DNA from: Patescibacteria group bacterium UBA4664
GTDB lineage: Bacteria; Patescibacteriota; Saccharimonadia; CAILAD01; BJGX01
Direction: 5' to 3'
Length of the DNA: 64,000 bases
Assembly: GCA_943354575.1 (NCBI GenBank)
Contig: CALRCL010000001.1
Coordinates: 2,934-66,933, forward strand
A program made the position numbers and the translations under genes. Every line of letters begins with the position of its first letter. Position 1 is the first letter of the stretch. The notes below the pieces were generated by a model. The model ran no database searches. It saw only the letters and a program-made list of their open reading frames with translations, and had not been told where the DNA came from. Positions 62,706-64,000 of the stretch are shown piece after piece.

Positions 62706-63685
62706 TTTTTAACACTCCGCATCATAGCTTTGGCTGCCTTAACAATCGCCGCAGAGTCGAGCTCGTATTCTTTCCATAATTCTGTAATGGTACCAGATTG
62801 CCCAAATCTATCTTGAGTACCAAGCCGCTCGACATGAGTTGGTAGCTTGCTACTTAGTAATTCGGTCACTGCCCCGCCCAAGCCTCCGGTCACCTGAGCC
62901 TCTTCAAGGGTTATGACGCGCTTGGTCTTGGCGGCGCTAGATAGGATTGTTTCAGAATCTATCGGCTTAATGGTGTGGCAGTTAATTACTTCTACGCTTA
63001 TCGAATGTTTATCAAGATCTGCTGCTGCGAGCAAGGCCTCATAGACTAGTGGTCCGCAGGCCACTATTGTAATATCGCTGCCCTCTCTTAAAACACTAGC
63101 CTTACCAATTTCAAAGTGAGACTCGTCGGTAGTGATGACGGCAGTTTTCTCACGGGCTACTCTTAGGTAAGCTGGCTTGTCTAGTTTAGCCAAAGCAACG
63201 GTGGCGCGACGCGCTTCCTTGCTATCACAGGGCACCACCACGACCATATTTGGGAGTGCTCTCATTAATGCGATGTCTTCTAGCATCTGGTGTGTTGCGC
63301 CGTCAGGCCCAACCGAAACGCCAGAGTGGCACCCCACAATCACTACATTTCTGTCATTAAGACAAATTGTTGTACGGATTTGCTCCCAATTGCGGCCCGG
63401 GCTAAAACTAGCGTAGCTAGCTACGAACGGTTTTTTTCCCACCGCCGAGAGACCGCTAGCTAAGGTCACCAAGTTTTGTTCTGCGACACCGACCTCGATG
63501 TACCTTTCTGGAAAAGCCTTAGCAAACAGCTCCATTTGTGTCGACTCTACTAAGTCTGCGCACAATGCTACCACCAATTCGTCGTTCATACCGGCCTCGA
63601 CTAGGCCTTCGCCGAAGCCCTTTCTGTTGGGCTCATATTCTAGCTTTGCAGTATATAAATCTGGGTTGAGCTCGTAGCTATTCAT
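62702..63685 (-). CDS. Transketolase C-terminal subunit
   Basis: GVAEQN, GPDGATHQ, TIKPID. Confidence 0.93.
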   Translation of the reverse strand: MNSYELNPDLYTAKLEYEPNRKGFGEGLVEAGMNDELVVALCADLVESTQMELFAKAFPERYIEVGVAEQNLVTLASGLSAVGKKPFVASYASFSPGRNWEQIRTTICLNDRNVVIVGCHSGVSVGPDGATHQMLEDIALMRALPNMVVVVPCDSKEARRATVALAKLDKPAYLRVAREKTAVITTDESHFEIGKASVLREGSDITIVACGPLVYEALLAAADLDKHSISVEVINCHTIKPIDSETILSSAAKTKRVITLEEAQVTGGLGGAVTELLSSKLPTHVERLGTQDRFGQSGTITELWKEYELDSAAIVKAAKAMMRSVKK

Positions 63686-64000
63686 GTTCGCTCCTGATTT
63701 TTCCATTTAGAGTACGGAGCTTTTCGAGGGCAGCTTTAGCTTGGAGAGCCTTAGGAGGGTCGCCTTCGATGTCTTTAATACCCGGGGGTATGCCATGCCA
63801 ACGGTAGTCGTACTCCATAAAATCGACTCCCTTGCCTGCTATGGTATGGGCGATAATGCAAGTGGGTTTTTCCAATATAGCTCTGCTTTGATTCAATGCA
63901 GCAATTATCTCTTCAAAATTATGGCCGTCGATTTCAATGACATGCCAATTAAAGGCTTGATACTTCATTGCGAAAGGCTCTAGGGGCATGACGTCTTCGG
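63678..64000 (-). CDS. Transketolase N-terminal subunit (3' part only)
   Basis: IDGHNF...PTCIIAHTIAGKGVDFME...WHG. Confidence 0.9.
   Translation of the reverse strand, partial: EDVMPLEPFAMKYQAFNWHVIEIDGHNFEEIIAALNQSRAILEKPTCIIAHTIAGKGVDFMEYDYRWHGIPPGIKDIEGDPPKALQAKAALEKLRTLNGKIRSEHE

Overview
Chromosomal window from a small-genome Patescibacteria/CPR-type bacterium, plausibly Saccharimonadia (inferred from gene content and compact organisation; TGA is used as a stop, so code 11). Most of it is housekeeping: recG, tyrS, PBP1A, radA, clpC, nusA, rnhB, rplS, dnaE, gatCAB, ligA, folD, secG, uvrABC plus photolyase, trxB and transketolase. A divergent tRNA cluster (Leu, Cys / Phe, Gly, Val) is interrupted by a ~12.2-kb integrated element (28188-40419). 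The element encodes a large serine recombinase, a gene II/X-type Rep, a terminase-small-subunit-like protein, a type III R-M system, DUF2779 and DUF3800 proteins and a small structured RNA. Main signals: (1) the att core lies inside the integrase gene, so excision would replace the C-terminal Gly with a 35-aa tail stored in frame at the far end of the island; (2) a ~165-bp structured module follows two different tRNAs and ends in a copy of each tRNA's own 3' tail; (3) a putative ncRNA converges on the DUF3800 gene; (4) a GPAT/PlsC-like acyltransferase is present in a lineage thought to lack lipid synthesis.
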